Assembly (NCBI GenBank): GCA_038328375.1
Contig: JBBQLX010000011.1
Location: 1,283 to 65,282 of the forward strand
Length of the DNA stretch: 64,000 nucleotides
Direction: 5' to 3'
DNA from: Aggregatilineales bacterium
GTDB lineage: Bacteria > Chloroflexota > Anaerolineae > Aggregatilineales > Phototrophicaceae
Under the pieces are notes generated by a model. That model was not told the origin of the DNA. It did no database searches and saw only the letters and a list, made by a program, of their open reading frames with translations. Below, one piece after another: positions 48,162 to 58,053 of this stretch. Made by a program: the position numbers and the translations under genes. Each line of letters begins with the position of its first letter. The stretch's first letter is position 1.

Positions 48162-48779
48162 GTGAGGCAAATGGACTTATTAATCGGAACCAGTAACGTG
48201 GGCAAACTCGGTGAATTCCAAGAACTGCTGGTGGGCGTGGAATTACACCTGCTCAGTCTCAAGGATGTCGGTTTGGGCGATATGGATGTGGCGGAAGACT
48301 CGACCACCTTGGAAGGCAATTCAGAACTGAAGGTGAAAGCCTATTCGCAGGCTAGCGGTTTGGTGACGGTGGCAGACGATACCGGATTATATGTGGATGC
48401 CTTGGATGGCGCTCCCGGCATCTATCCGGCACGGTATGGTGGGTCGGGGTTAACACCAAAGGATCGTCGGCAAAAGCTGCTTGGTGCTTTGGAAGGTGTG
48501 CCAATCGAAAAACGTACTGCCCGATTTGAGTGTGTGATTGCGGTGGCGAATCCGCGAACAGGTGAGATGACTCATGTACGCGGGGTATGTGAAGGGGCAA
48601 TAGCGCTGGCGGAAGAAGAGGGCGGCAGCGGCTTTGGCTACGATTCGATATTTATCCCGCAAGGGTACACCCAAACCTTTAGCAGCATACCCCTCGCCGA
48701 AAAGAACCGTATCAGCCATCGTGGATTGGCCGCAGCGATGATCATTCCCATATTGCAGCGTATGGCTGCCGGACAGTAG
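48162..48779 (+). CDS. rdgB: Non-canonical purine NTP pyrophosphatase
   Basis: GTSNVGK, ADDTGL, APGIYPAR, FGYDSIF, KNRISHR. Confidence 0.92.
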   Translation: MRQMDLLIGTSNVGKLGEFQELLVGVELHLLSLKDVGLGDMDVAEDSTTLEGNSELKVKAYSQASGLVTVADDTGLYVDALDGAPGIYPARYGGSGLTPKDRRQKLLGALEGVPIEKRTARFECVIAVANPRTGEMTHVRGVCEGAIALAEEEGGSGFGYDSIFIPQGYTQTFSSIPLAEKNRISHRGLAAAMIIPILQRMAAGQ

Positions 48780-48780
48780 A

Positions 48781-49194
48781 TCAGCCTAGCAGCCGTTGAT
48801 GTTCGACTTTGATGCAGGCATCCATAATCAAAGGCAGATGGGCGACTTCGGCAGCCGTCGCAGCAGCCGAACTTTGTACACCAATCTGCGCCCATACCGC
48901 TTTGGCTTTTACACCGGCGGCCTGTTCAACGACATCCGCCAGAAACTCCGAGCGACGAAATACGTTTACGATGTCAATCGCTTCCGGCACATCCGCCAGC
49001 GATGGATAACAGATTTCACCATCAATGCTGCTCACTTCAGGATTGACGGCATAAACCTTGTATCCGGCACGACGCAGATAAGCCGCAATTTGATAACTTG
49101 TGCGGTAAGGTCGATCTGAGTGACCGACAACCGCAATCACATGGGCGCTGGTCAATAAATGGGTAAGTGCCGTTGTATTATGGGTGATGAGCAT
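48781..49194 (-). CDS. CoA-binding protein (YccU-like)
   Basis: IAVVGHS, VYAVNP, IDIVNVFRRSE, DACIKVEH. Confidence 0.9.
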   Translation of the reverse strand: MLITHNTTALTHLLTSAHVIAVVGHSDRPYRTSYQIAAYLRRAGYKVYAVNPEVSSIDGEICYPSLADVPEAIDIVNVFRRSEFLADVVEQAAGVKAKAVWAQIGVQSSAAATAAEVAHLPLIMDACIKVEHQRLLG

Positions 49195-49322
49195 AAGACT
49201 CCCTATGAATAGGTGCTGTTATAGGTTAGACGACGATCATCTACCCAGCATTACACGCTGGAAATAAAATAGGGACACATCATCGTGTCCCTATCCAGAA
49301 GTCAACGGCTGTCAGCTCACGA

Positions 49323-50336
49323 CTAGCCCTTAGTGTCGCGCGAGTTGACCAGATACTTCACATATTCCTCGAACTCTTTTATTTTGCCGTCTGCCAACAG
49401 TCGTGCCTGCTTAGGCCATGTTTTGGTATCGCTGACCAAATTGACACCACCCTCAATTTTGATGATGCGGTACAGATCATCAGGTGTGAGGTTGGCGATT
49501 TGTTCGAAGCTGCTGATGCCCCCTTTGTAGAGCGCTTCTTTGCTCTTCGGCCCGATGCCTTCAATGATGAGCAGATCATCCCGTTTGGTCGTGGCGCGTG
49601 CCACGGGAATGGTGGGTGTGGGCGCAGCAACAGCACTCGTTACAGCTTGGGTGGTGACGACTGTCTGGGTAGGCGGCACGACCGCTTTAGGCATACTCGG
49701 CGCGGGTGGTGCAGATGATTTAATCGGCGGTGTCCGGTAATGCACCATCGGTTTTGGCGCAGGCTCAATATCGACATTAAAGAATATCAGAATCAGCACA
49801 CCGACCACCGCAAATATCACGCCTAAGGCCAGTAGTTGGACAGCGCTAAAACCGAGCAGGTTAATGCTGTTGGCAAGCAACCCCGTGATGATGCCAACCG
49901 CACCCAGCACAATCACAATTGAACCGATGCGCTGTGGAACATTAATTTTATCGGTTGACGCTAACCAGTTGCGGACGATAAGCCCGACTACCACGAATAC
50001 TGCCCCTAGAGCCAGAATCTGAGTGAGGTCGAAGCTCAAGAAGTCGCTGGCTAAACGTCCCAGTCCCAGTACGATTGAGACAATCATTGCTGTGATGCCC
50101 AACCCGATAATCACGCTGCCAATTGTTCCAGCAGACACATTGGCGAATTGGCCTAAAAAGAGCAGTACCGCGCCGATCAGCAGTATGATTCCCAGCACAA
50201 GCAGTTGGGTGATGTTAAACGTGAGGAAGTTTTCCGCGCTGCCGGATACCAGCGCCAAAATAACACTGACCGCGCCTAGCGCCAGAATAAGCCAGACAGC
50301 CCGCCTGCCGTAATTGGGTGCAACCTGTGAATTCAT
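49323..50336 (-). CDS. Multi-TM membrane protein with C-terminal helix-hairpin-helix domain
   Basis: Six-TM region, Pro/Ala/Thr linker, DDLLIIEGIGPK HhH motif. Confidence 0.72.
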   Translation of the reverse strand: MNSQVAPNYGRRAVWLILALGAVSVILALVSGSAENFLTFNITQLLVLGIILLIGAVLLFLGQFANVSAGTIGSVIIGLGITAMIVSIVLGLGRLASDFLSFDLTQILALGAVFVVVGLIVRNWLASTDKINVPQRIGSIVIVLGAVGIITGLLANSINLLGFSAVQLLALGVIFAVVGVLILIFFNVDIEPAPKPMVHYRTPPIKSSAPPAPSMPKAVVPPTQTVVTTQAVTSAVAAPTPTIPVARATTKRDDLLIIEGIGPKSKEALYKGGISSFEQIANLTPDDLYRIIKIEGGVNLVSDTKTWPKQARLLADGKIKEFEEYVKYLVNSRDTKG

Positions 50337-50597
50337 CGCGCCTCCTCGCATCTGCGAAATGATTTTCGTAAAAAGATCAATTACGAGTCAAAAAATAATA
50401 AGTTGGATATTAACGTAAATGACTACCAAGTACAAGCATGTTTAGTTTTGATTGGCAACCGAGTAGATGTAGGCGGCTAGTCCTCCGAGTTTGATGCCGG
50501 AACGCTGCGTCACCTCCAAACAGAACCACGCGAAAACACTAAAGATGCTCACTTCAATTTGCATCCAAACCCACTTTCCTTGGGAAATTAATCATGT

Positions 50598-51548
50598 TTA
50601 AGGTCGCCAGCGCGGGGAAGTTTCATCAATATCGTTGTAAGTTAAGCGCTGCAAATAACGGCCTCCGTGATCGATTGTATATAGTTCATATTTTCCGCTG
50701 CTTCCATCGACAAATACTATCGAAGTGCCGTCAGGCGACCACGAAGGTGTTAGCATCAGATTAAGAATGTTGCTGAATAACAGCCGCGTACAACTTATAT
50801 CTGCGCTGCATTGGGAATCTGTAATCATGAGTTCGGTTTGATCCAATTGGAGATTTTTTGCCACATAGACAAGGTGCTGACCGTCGGGCGACCAAGCCGG
50901 GAAATAATCACCATCAAGGTTTTCTGTCAAGCGATGCAGGTCAGTTCCATCCCGCTTCATCATATAGATATTATTGCTACCTAACGAACGGTTCTTTGCA
51001 CTCCTACTCTTGTCAGATACTAATGCAATAAATTTGCCATCTGGTGACCAAGCAGGTGAGAAATACCGATAATTGTCCTTTGGGGTCAGACGCGTTGCAC
51101 AGCGTGTGAAGGTGTCTATACAGTCTACGGATGCCACATAAATCCCAAGAATGCCGTAAAAATTGGATGCAAAGACAATTTCACGTCCATCCGGCGACCA
51201 TGAAGGACTACTCGTGTTTGCTTGAGTTTGGCCTAACCTTTGGATATGGCGGGTAATCTGGCGAGTATAGACATCCATGATATATAAATCGTTCTGACGA
51301 TCCCGCGTGGAATAAAAGGCGATTTGTTCACCGTCAGGTGACCATGCCGGCGAATAGGCATCTTTGACGAGTTCGATCTGAAGATGATGGTAAAAATCGA
51401 GCAAAAAGAGTGCGGGCTCATCAGTTTCATGCGCGACATAAATCAACTGTTTGGTGGGCAGGACATGACCCAACCCAAGTATAGCGACGATGAGCAGTCC
51501 GAATAGAAGGATGCCAATGCCAGCTATCAACAATAACAAACGGGGCAT
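50598..51548 (-). CDS. TolB-like beta-propeller (PD40 repeats) with N-terminal TM
   Basis: Five to six P(A/S)WSPDG repeats. Confidence 0.85.
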   Translation of the reverse strand: MPRLLLLIAGIGILLFGLLIVAILGLGHVLPTKQLIYVAHETDEPALFLLDFYHHLQIELVKDAYSPAWSPDGEQIAFYSTRDRQNDLYIMDVYTRQITRHIQRLGQTQANTSSPSWSPDGREIVFASNFYGILGIYVASVDCIDTFTRCATRLTPKDNYRYFSPAWSPDGKFIALVSDKSRSAKNRSLGSNNIYMMKRDGTDLHRLTENLDGDYFPAWSPDGQHLVYVAKNLQLDQTELMITDSQCSADISCTRLLFSNILNLMLTPSWSPDGTSIVFVDGSSGKYELYTIDHGGRYLQRLTYNDIDETSPRWRP

Positions 51549-52187
51549 TTAGTTGCTGGCCTGCCGCATGTGCGCTGCAACATCAAGCAGCAGCTTTGTC
51601 ATGAATCCCTCTGCGGGGCAAGCCAATATCGGGTCATAAACAGCATAAGTCTCGTCAGCACGGATCAGCATTCCGATGCGTCCATAGGCATGGGCAACAA
51701 CCTGAATCGTGCAGGATTGATCCCCCACCATATAAGAATGTTCTTGGGCAAAGGCTTTGACGGTTCCGTTGAGCCATTCGCTGTAAACAGCTTGAAAATC
51801 AGGTAACGGTGTTTGTGTAGAACTGGCGTAGGCAAAAGCGTAGGCATAGGCTTGCAGCGCGTCACTAAAACCCGCCACCGCAAATTCAATTTCGACATCC
51901 CGCAGCCCGATTTGGTGGTTGATCTGGTAAAGCTGGGCTTCAAATAAATGGGTGAGTTCAGGCAGGACATTCATCCAATTGAGTGGCAGTAACTTTTCAG
52001 GCAGTGCGGCAAGAATGGCTGTTCGCAACTGGTTGAGTTCTGCGCCTGCTTTATCAAGTTGGCCTAGCCCTGCATAATCCTTGGATTCAAAAAGGGTGAT
52101 GTTGAAGGTGGTTGGGAGGTGATGTATGGCGCGGAAATCTTTAATCGGCATGAAGTCGTAAGAAATACCTTCAATCGTGAGTTGCAC
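51549..52187 (-). CDS. Hypothetical protein
   Basis: 212-aa ORF abutting the downstream gene. Confidence 0.65.
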   Translation of the reverse strand: MQLTIEGISYDFMPIKDFRAIHHLPTTFNITLFESKDYAGLGQLDKAGAELNQLRTAILAALPEKLLPLNWMNVLPELTHLFEAQLYQINHQIGLRDVEIEFAVAGFSDALQAYAYAFAYASSTQTPLPDFQAVYSEWLNGTVKAFAQEHSYMVGDQSCTIQVVAHAYGRIGMLIRADETYAVYDPILACPAEGFMTKLLLDVAAHMRQASN

Positions 52188-52333
52188 AGTGAATTGTTCT
52201 CCAATGGTTATCAGTAATAGTTATTGTAACCTTGCTAATGGATATTTGCAGGCGGGTTCTTTATTGCTGGGTGGCACAGAAAATGGCATAATGATGTTAT
52301 TGAACCAGCCCAAAGAGAAGACGAGAACCCATT

Positions 52334-53293
52334 ATGGATACCAATTCCCCACTGAATATTTTCATCACTGGCGGTGCGTCTGGTGTGACGCGCGAGGCCA
52401 CACGGCAGGCAATTGCGCGTGGGCATAAAGTAACCGTGCTGACCGATGGCCTAGACGGCGCGACCAAAGTGCGGCAGGATGGCGCTTTGCCCGCGTTTTC
52501 TGATGTCACACGCGCCGGTGAACTCAAAAGCTTGTTTACGATGTCCAAAATCGACGTGGTCATCCACTTGCTGCCACAGGCCGGGAACAGTTTCCCAACC
52601 AAAGATGGTTATGAGTCCCAAGAAAAAGTCATGGTTCAGAGCGCGGTAGCGGTGGTCGAAGCGGCTAAAGAGGCCGGTGTCAAGTTCATTGTGTATACCA
52701 GCTACGCTTTTGCGGCGGGTGATGCACATGGCGATTGGTTGACCGAAGACCAATCAGGGCATCAAGAACGCGCTTTGCGTCCGGTGCTGGCAGCCGAACA
52801 TCATGTTATGCAAGGTGATGTGAATGCCTGTGTGCTGCGCGCAGGTTTCATTTATGGCGGCGAAACTGCGAGCATTCATGCACTGGGTGATATTCTAAAG
52901 CGTGGACGCAGCCCTTATCTGGGTGACAGCCACAGCGTTCACAATTGGGTGCATGAAGCGGATTTAGCACAGGCCGCAGTGCTGGCAGCCGAAAAGCAGC
53001 CCGCAGGTGAGATCATCAACGTGGTGGATGACGAACCCGTAAGCGCCTCAACCTTCGCTGGCTATCTGGCGACCGGACAGGGCATGGATCAACCGACCGC
53101 CAGCACAGCGCCTTTGTTCGTTTTGAAGCTCTCGACCAGCGATGTCCAACGGTTATTACTGGATTCGTCCGTCCGCTTGAAAAATGATAAGGCCAAACAA
53201 ATATTGGGTTGGCAGCCGCGCTATCCCAATTATAAGGTTGGCTTGGAACAAACGATGCTCCAGTGGCGAGCCAGTGAACCCGTCAAATCTTAG
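52334..53293 (+). CDS. Atypical NAD(P)-binding epimerase/SDR
   Basis: IFITGGASG, LRAGFIYG, VHEADLA, LGWQPRYP; no clear YxxxK. Confidence 0.78.
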   Translation: MDTNSPLNIFITGGASGVTREATRQAIARGHKVTVLTDGLDGATKVRQDGALPAFSDVTRAGELKSLFTMSKIDVVIHLLPQAGNSFPTKDGYESQEKVMVQSAVAVVEAAKEAGVKFIVYTSYAFAAGDAHGDWLTEDQSGHQERALRPVLAAEHHVMQGDVNACVLRAGFIYGGETASIHALGDILKRGRSPYLGDSHSVHNWVHEADLAQAAVLAAEKQPAGEIINVVDDEPVSASTFAGYLATGQGMDQPTASTAPLFVLKLSTSDVQRLLLDSSVRLKNDKAKQILGWQPRYPNYKVGLEQTMLQWRASEPVKS

Positions 53294-53300
53294 TCCGCTC

Positions 53301-53432
53301 AGAGCGCATCTGAAAATTCGGGATTTTTCATCGAGACATTCAAACGATGCACACTTGTCCATATGAAAACGGATTTTTGTAGGGACACGGCATGCCGTCT
53401 CCGGCATTTGTTTTTAATTTTCAGACGGCCTC
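53301..53432. mobile_element. MITE-like element with terminal inverted repeats enclosing a REP-like hairpin
   Basis: TCTGAAAATT (53309-53318) / AATTTTCAGA (53416-53425); internal GTAGGGACACGGCATGCCGTCTCC. Confidence 0.45.
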
Positions 53433-53495
53433 CCATTGCTCCGTAGGGCGGATAATCGGTTCGCCCTTGTTATCAGTATTGGAAATGATGACCTC

Positions 53496-54257
53496 ATGTT
53501 GAAAGCCATTCTGTTTGATTTGGATGATACGCTGTTGGATTGGAGCGGCTTCAACGGCGATTGGAAAACGTTGGAAGCAGCGTTCTTACAAGATGTTTTT
53601 GATCATGTCGCCACCGTCACAACACCGCTGCCTAATTTCGAAGCCTTTATTGAAGAGTTTAACCACCGCGTTCGTGAGGCGTGGCGTGTTGGTCGTGGCA
53701 GTTTGATTGCGCCCAATGTTGCGACACTCCTGTTAGAAGCGGTCGAGGCGCAAGGTGCTGCGGCTGGCCTCTTCAAATCCGAGGACTTGATAAAAGTCTA
53801 CAGTTGGCACGCCGTACCCGGAACCGTTCTGTTCAAAGAAGTGCCGGAAGTCATGGCGCTCATCAAGCAGCACGGCATCAAAACCGCCATCGTCACCAAC
53901 GCCGCCCAACCGATGGCCTTGCGTGACATTGAGATCGAGGAGCATAAACTGCTTCAATATTTCCCCGACTGCCGGCTCTCGGCGGCGGACGCAGGTGTCC
54001 TCAAGCCGCATCCCGGTATCTTTCAGATGGCGTTGGATCGGCTGGGTGTCACCGCCGATGAAGCGGTATTCGTGGGTGACAATCCCATAGCGGATATTGC
54101 TGGCGCACAAGCAGTCGGTATGCAGGCCGTTTTCCGTATCACATCACCCATGCCGCAGATGCTCAGTGGCTTGATTGTGCCGGATGCCGCCATCAACAGC
54201 TTGGAAGAACTGCCACCTATTCTCGACGGTTGGTTCCCCGGCTGGCGACAAAATTAA
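53496..54257 (+). CDS. HAD-superfamily hydrolase
   Basis: FDLDDTL, IVTN, KPHP, VGDNPIAD; start refined to ATG 53496. Confidence 0.9.
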   Translation: MLKAILFDLDDTLLDWSGFNGDWKTLEAAFLQDVFDHVATVTTPLPNFEAFIEEFNHRVREAWRVGRGSLIAPNVATLLLEAVEAQGAAAGLFKSEDLIKVYSWHAVPGTVLFKEVPEVMALIKQHGIKTAIVTNAAQPMALRDIEIEEHKLLQYFPDCRLSAADAGVLKPHPGIFQMALDRLGVTADEAVFVGDNPIADIAGAQAVGMQAVFRITSPMPQMLSGLIVPDAAINSLEELPPILDGWFPGWRQN

Positions 54258-54311
54258 ATTTAGAGGTCATGTTGCCAAGATACTCTGTTGAGATATTTGG
54301 CATAAATAGCT

Positions 54312-54875
54312 ATGCAATATTCCTATCCTGATCGCAACCTCATATTCACGGGTTACACTGGCCCTAGCCAACCGCTGGTCGGGCAGCAAATCGCTGACCG
54401 TCTCAAGATGCGCTACGTGAATGTCGATTCACTTCTCGAATCGCGTGGTGACATGGACGTTGAGAATATGCAGGCGCGTTATGGCGAAACCCGTTTGAAG
54501 ATGTTGGAAAACGAAGTCATGCAGGATGTGATGCTCTATCGTGGTGCGGTTATCCGCGTCAGTGGGCAAACCCTTCTGCGGACCGAAACCACACCGCGTC
54601 TCTTAGAAACAGGTGTCGTCATCTGCGAAGTCGTGGCCTTAGATGCTGTGCTGCGCCGTTTACATCTCTCGCTGGGTGGACGTTACCATAACCCCAGCGA
54701 ACGCTCGTTAGCCATCGGTCATCTCAAGCGCGAATGGGCCATCCGTAAGGTGAGTGGTGTGCATGAAATCAACGTCACCGATATGACCGAAGCTGAAATG
54801 ATTACTGCCGTCTGTGCCATGTGGGAACAGTTAGCAAGTGGGCTGCCATTGAAGGGCGCGAATGGTCTGTCCTAA
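54312..54875 (+). CDS. Shikimate-kinase-like protein with degenerate P-loop
   Basis: YVNVD, YGETRLKMLENE resemble AroK; Walker A reads GYTGPSQP. Confidence 0.6.
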   Translation: MQYSYPDRNLIFTGYTGPSQPLVGQQIADRLKMRYVNVDSLLESRGDMDVENMQARYGETRLKMLENEVMQDVMLYRGAVIRVSGQTLLRTETTPRLLETGVVICEVVALDAVLRRLHLSLGGRYHNPSERSLAIGHLKREWAIRKVSGVHEINVTDMTEAEMITAVCAMWEQLASGLPLKGANGLS

Positions 54876-54946
54876 GTGGACATAAATCGCTTTGCCGTGT
54901 TAAAGTCGTATAGATATAACAGTTTTGTGACATGAGGGTTTAAGCA

Positions 54947-55732
54947 ATGCCAAAATTAGTGATTAGTCTGGCGCAGATGAATATTGCGCTGGGTGATACC
55001 AAGAAAAATATCGCTCAGATGGATAAGTGGACGGTGGAAGCGGCGCGGCGTGGTTCGCACCTCATTTTGTTTCCTGAGCTTTGGTCAACCGGCTGCGCTT
55101 GGGATCAAGCTAAAGAACTTTCTAGTACGCTTAACACAGGCGTATTTAACGATATGAGTGGCGCGGCGGCTCAAAATAAAATCAGTGTGGTCGGTTCAGT
55201 GTTGGAAAAACGCGGCCTCGAAGTCTCTAACAGTGCGGCTTTCTTCGCCCCCAATGGACGCATGCTCGGCATCTACCGCAAAATTCACCTGTTCGGGCTG
55301 ATGGACGAGGACAAATGGTTGCAACCCGGTTCATCACGGCTCGCGCTGGATTTGCCGTGGGGCAATACCGCGCTGGCGATTTGCTATGATTTGCGCTTCC
55401 CTGAACTCTTTCGCAAATATGCCGTCGATGGCGCGAAGATGATTATCATGCCTGCCGAGTGGCCGATTGCGCGGGTCGAACATTGGCGTGCGCTGGTAGT
55501 GGCACGGGCGATTGAGAACCAATGTTATATGGTGACTTGTAATGCCGCTGGCTTGACGGGCGACACCGTATTTGGTGGACACTCCATGATTGTTGATCCG
55601 TGGGGCAAGATCGTCATTGAAGCTGGCGAAACACCACAACTTCTCACCGCCGAAATCGACTTGGATTTGGTTGATGAAGTCCGCAGTAAGATGACCGTCT
55701 TAGCCGACCGTCGCCCTGAATTCTATTCATAA
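54947..55732 (+). CDS. Carbon-nitrogen hydrolase (omega-amidase/YafV-like)
   Basis: FPELW, YRKIHLF, ICYDLRFPE (E-K-C triad), ARAIENQ. Confidence 0.92.
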   Translation: MPKLVISLAQMNIALGDTKKNIAQMDKWTVEAARRGSHLILFPELWSTGCAWDQAKELSSTLNTGVFNDMSGAAAQNKISVVGSVLEKRGLEVSNSAAFFAPNGRMLGIYRKIHLFGLMDEDKWLQPGSSRLALDLPWGNTALAICYDLRFPELFRKYAVDGAKMIIMPAEWPIARVEHWRALVVARAIENQCYMVTCNAAGLTGDTVFGGHSMIVDPWGKIVIEAGETPQLLTAEIDLDLVDEVRSKMTVLADRRPEFYS

Positions 55733-55750
55733 CCTATAACGAATATTCTC

Positions 55751-55833
55751 GTAGGGACGCACGGCTGTGCGTCCTTTTTTGTTTATCCTCCCTCGCTTGC
55801 GGGGGAGGTGTCGCGTTAGCGACAGAGGGGGTT
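55751..55833 (+). repeat. GTAG-type REP hairpin (terminator-like) plus REP-like repeat copy 3
   Basis: GTAGGGACGCACGGCTGTGCGTCCTTTTTT, then CCTCCCTCGCTTGCGGGGGAGG. Confidence 0.68.
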
Positions 55834-56284
55834 AACCTAATGCCTTATACCACGCCCGTTCACCCGCCAACTTACCAATCTTAGCGAAATGTACCACCTG
55901 TGGCGCATGAGGCAGCGCTTCTACCAACTGCGCCACTGGAACGGGTCTAAAGCCAACCCGCTGGAAGTAATCTGCCGCGCGGGTACTGAAACAATAAGCA
56001 TGACGATAGCCTTCTCCGCTGGCCTCACCAAGCGCCTGTTCGATGAGCCGCAGCGCCAACCGCTCCCCTTGATAAGCTTCATAAACTGCTAAACTACGCA
56101 GCAGCACCGCATCCACGCCAAACTCCATACCCGCGCAGGCTGCTACTTCGCCCGCATCAGTTTTTGCTACCCAATAGCGTGTTCCCGATACAAGGATGTC
56201 ATCTGTCAACAGATTGACGTGCTGCAACAGCGTGAGTATTTGGTCATAGTCAGTTGCTTGGGCATGTAGAATAGTAATCTGCAT
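55832..56284 (-). CDS. GNAT N-acetyltransferase (ArgA/ArsN-like)
   Basis: LLRSLAV...YQGERLA, YFQRVGF. Confidence 0.8.
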   Translation of the reverse strand: MQITILHAQATDYDQILTLLQHVNLLTDDILVSGTRYWVAKTDAGEVAACAGMEFGVDAVLLRSLAVYEAYQGERLALRLIEQALGEASGEGYRHAYCFSTRAADYFQRVGFRPVPVAQLVEALPHAPQVVHFAKIGKLAGERAWYKALG

Positions 56285-56388
56285 AAAAGGTTATTCCACT
56301 GGTTGGTCATAGAGAAGCGCTAGGCATATTTTACGACAATCCGTTACCATAGAGTATTCGTATAATTTTCAATATCGAGAGGCATATC

Positions 56389-57975
56389 ATGATCCTCTTT
56401 CACAACGGCACCATTCACACCATCGACTCAACCCAACCACAGGCCGAAGCCCTGCTCGTCGGTGATGACGGACGCATCCTCGCAGTTGGAAAGCTGTCTG
56501 ATGTCGAAGCCACCGCAAAAGCCGACACCAAACGCATCGACCTCGCAGGCCGGACACTCATCCCCGGTTTCAACGATGCTCACGTTCACATCTGGAAAAT
56601 GGGCTTACTCCTCACTCGCCAAGTCGTCGCCAACAAAGCCGTCGCGCCCGATATTGGAACCATCATCGAACGTTTTGCCGATAAAGCCGAAACCCTCCCC
56701 GAAGGCACATGGATTACCGGACGTGGCTACAACGAATCTGATTTGCCAGAACGCCGCCATCCGACTCGTCATGATATGGACGGCGCAAGCCTTGACCATC
56801 CCATTGCTTTGACGCGCACCTGTGGTCATATGATCGTCGCCAACACATTAGCATTGGAATTAGCAGGTATCAACCGCGACACACCCAATCCTCCCGGTGG
56901 CGTGATCGTTCGTGATCTCAATGGCGAGGCAACCGGACTCCTTCAAGAAACCGCGATGGGCTTGCTCACCAGAGTCATACCTGATCCCAGTGATGCCGAA
57001 ATGGTGGAGGCCATCAAAGCCGCCAACCAGCATCAACTGAGTCTCGGCATCACCAGCGCTACCGATCCGCTGCTCACACCGCTGCACCTGCGCGTTTATC
57101 GTCAACTCGAAGCAGCAGGCGAGCTTGCTGTGCGTGTCACAGGTTTGCCAATCCGTCGACCCGATGGCGGTACTGAAACACTGCCTTTACCTGAACATTT
57201 CGTCAGCGACTGGCTGCGGATTGATACGGTCAAGTTCTTTGCCGATGGCGGACTCAGCGGGGCAACCGCTGCCGTGAGTCGTCCTTATAAAGTGACCAAC
57301 GATTATGGTGTCTTGCGCTTCGATTTAGCCGAACTCACCGAACTCATGTATGAAGCCCACGCGGCTGGCTTCCGCATCGGTACACATGCTATCGGTGATG
57401 TCGCCATTGAACAGGTCTTGAGCGCCTACGAAGAATGTCATCGCCGTTTGCCCCGACCCGATTTGCGCCACCGCATCGAACATCTCGGCTTGCCCAACCC
57501 TGAGCATTACGCCCGCTGTGCTGCCATGAATATCATCATTGCGCCACAAACGGTGTTCCTACCTGCCCTTGGAACCAGCTTCCGCCGCTATTTACCGGAT
57601 GATTATCTTGACCACTGTTATCCCATTCGCTCAATGTTGGATGCTGGCCTAACGGTTGCTCTGAGTTCGGATGCGCCAGTTGTGCCGGACGATAATCCTA
57701 TCCTTGGCATGAAAGCCGCTGTTGATCGCCTTGATTCGCTTGGTGAGCCGATTGCGCTCGATCAAGCCATTACTGCCGAAGAAGCCCTCTACGCCTACAC
57801 AATGGGCGGAGCAATTTCCACAGGTGATGCCGACAATCGCGGCAGTCTTGAAGTCGGCAAATGGGCTGACCTCGCTGTACTAAATGTCGACCCCTTAGCC
57901 ACGCCCGTTCCTGATCTGCTCAGCGTCCATGTCGAACAAACTTATGTCGGCGGCAAACTCGTGTGGGAAGGGTAG
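56389..57975 (+). CDS. Amidohydrolase_3 (YtcJ-like) metal-dependent hydrolase
   Basis: PGFNDAHVH, KFFADG, HAIGD, RIEH, SSDAP. Confidence 0.92.
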   Translation: MILFHNGTIHTIDSTQPQAEALLVGDDGRILAVGKLSDVEATAKADTKRIDLAGRTLIPGFNDAHVHIWKMGLLLTRQVVANKAVAPDIGTIIERFADKAETLPEGTWITGRGYNESDLPERRHPTRHDMDGASLDHPIALTRTCGHMIVANTLALELAGINRDTPNPPGGVIVRDLNGEATGLLQETAMGLLTRVIPDPSDAEMVEAIKAANQHQLSLGITSATDPLLTPLHLRVYRQLEAAGELAVRVTGLPIRRPDGGTETLPLPEHFVSDWLRIDTVKFFADGGLSGATAAVSRPYKVTNDYGVLRFDLAELTELMYEAHAAGFRIGTHAIGDVAIEQVLSAYEECHRRLPRPDLRHRIEHLGLPNPEHYARCAAMNIIIAPQTVFLPALGTSFRRYLPDDYLDHCYPIRSMLDAGLTVALSSDAPVVPDDNPILGMKAAVDRLDSLGEPIALDQAITAEEALYAYTMGGAISTGDADNRGSLEVGKWADLAVLNVDPLATPVPDLLSVHVEQTYVGGKLVWEG

Positions 57976-57986
57976 CCCAATAAAAA

Positions 57987-58022
57987 AAAGCAGGATCAGC
58001 GTTCAATGCTGATCCTGCTTAA
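57987..58022. terminator. Bidirectional terminator between convergent genes
   Basis: AAGCAGGATCAGC-gttcaat-GCTGATCCTGCTT. Confidence 0.78.
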
Positions 58023-58053
58023 GCTGTGTTTTGTTTAACCTTACTGCTCGAAA

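Noticed and set aside
50442-50564. 40-aa minus-strand sORF MQIEVSIFSVFAWFCLEVTQRSGIKLGGLAAYIYSVANQN
   Set aside because: Poorly spaced RBS and no motif; may be chance.
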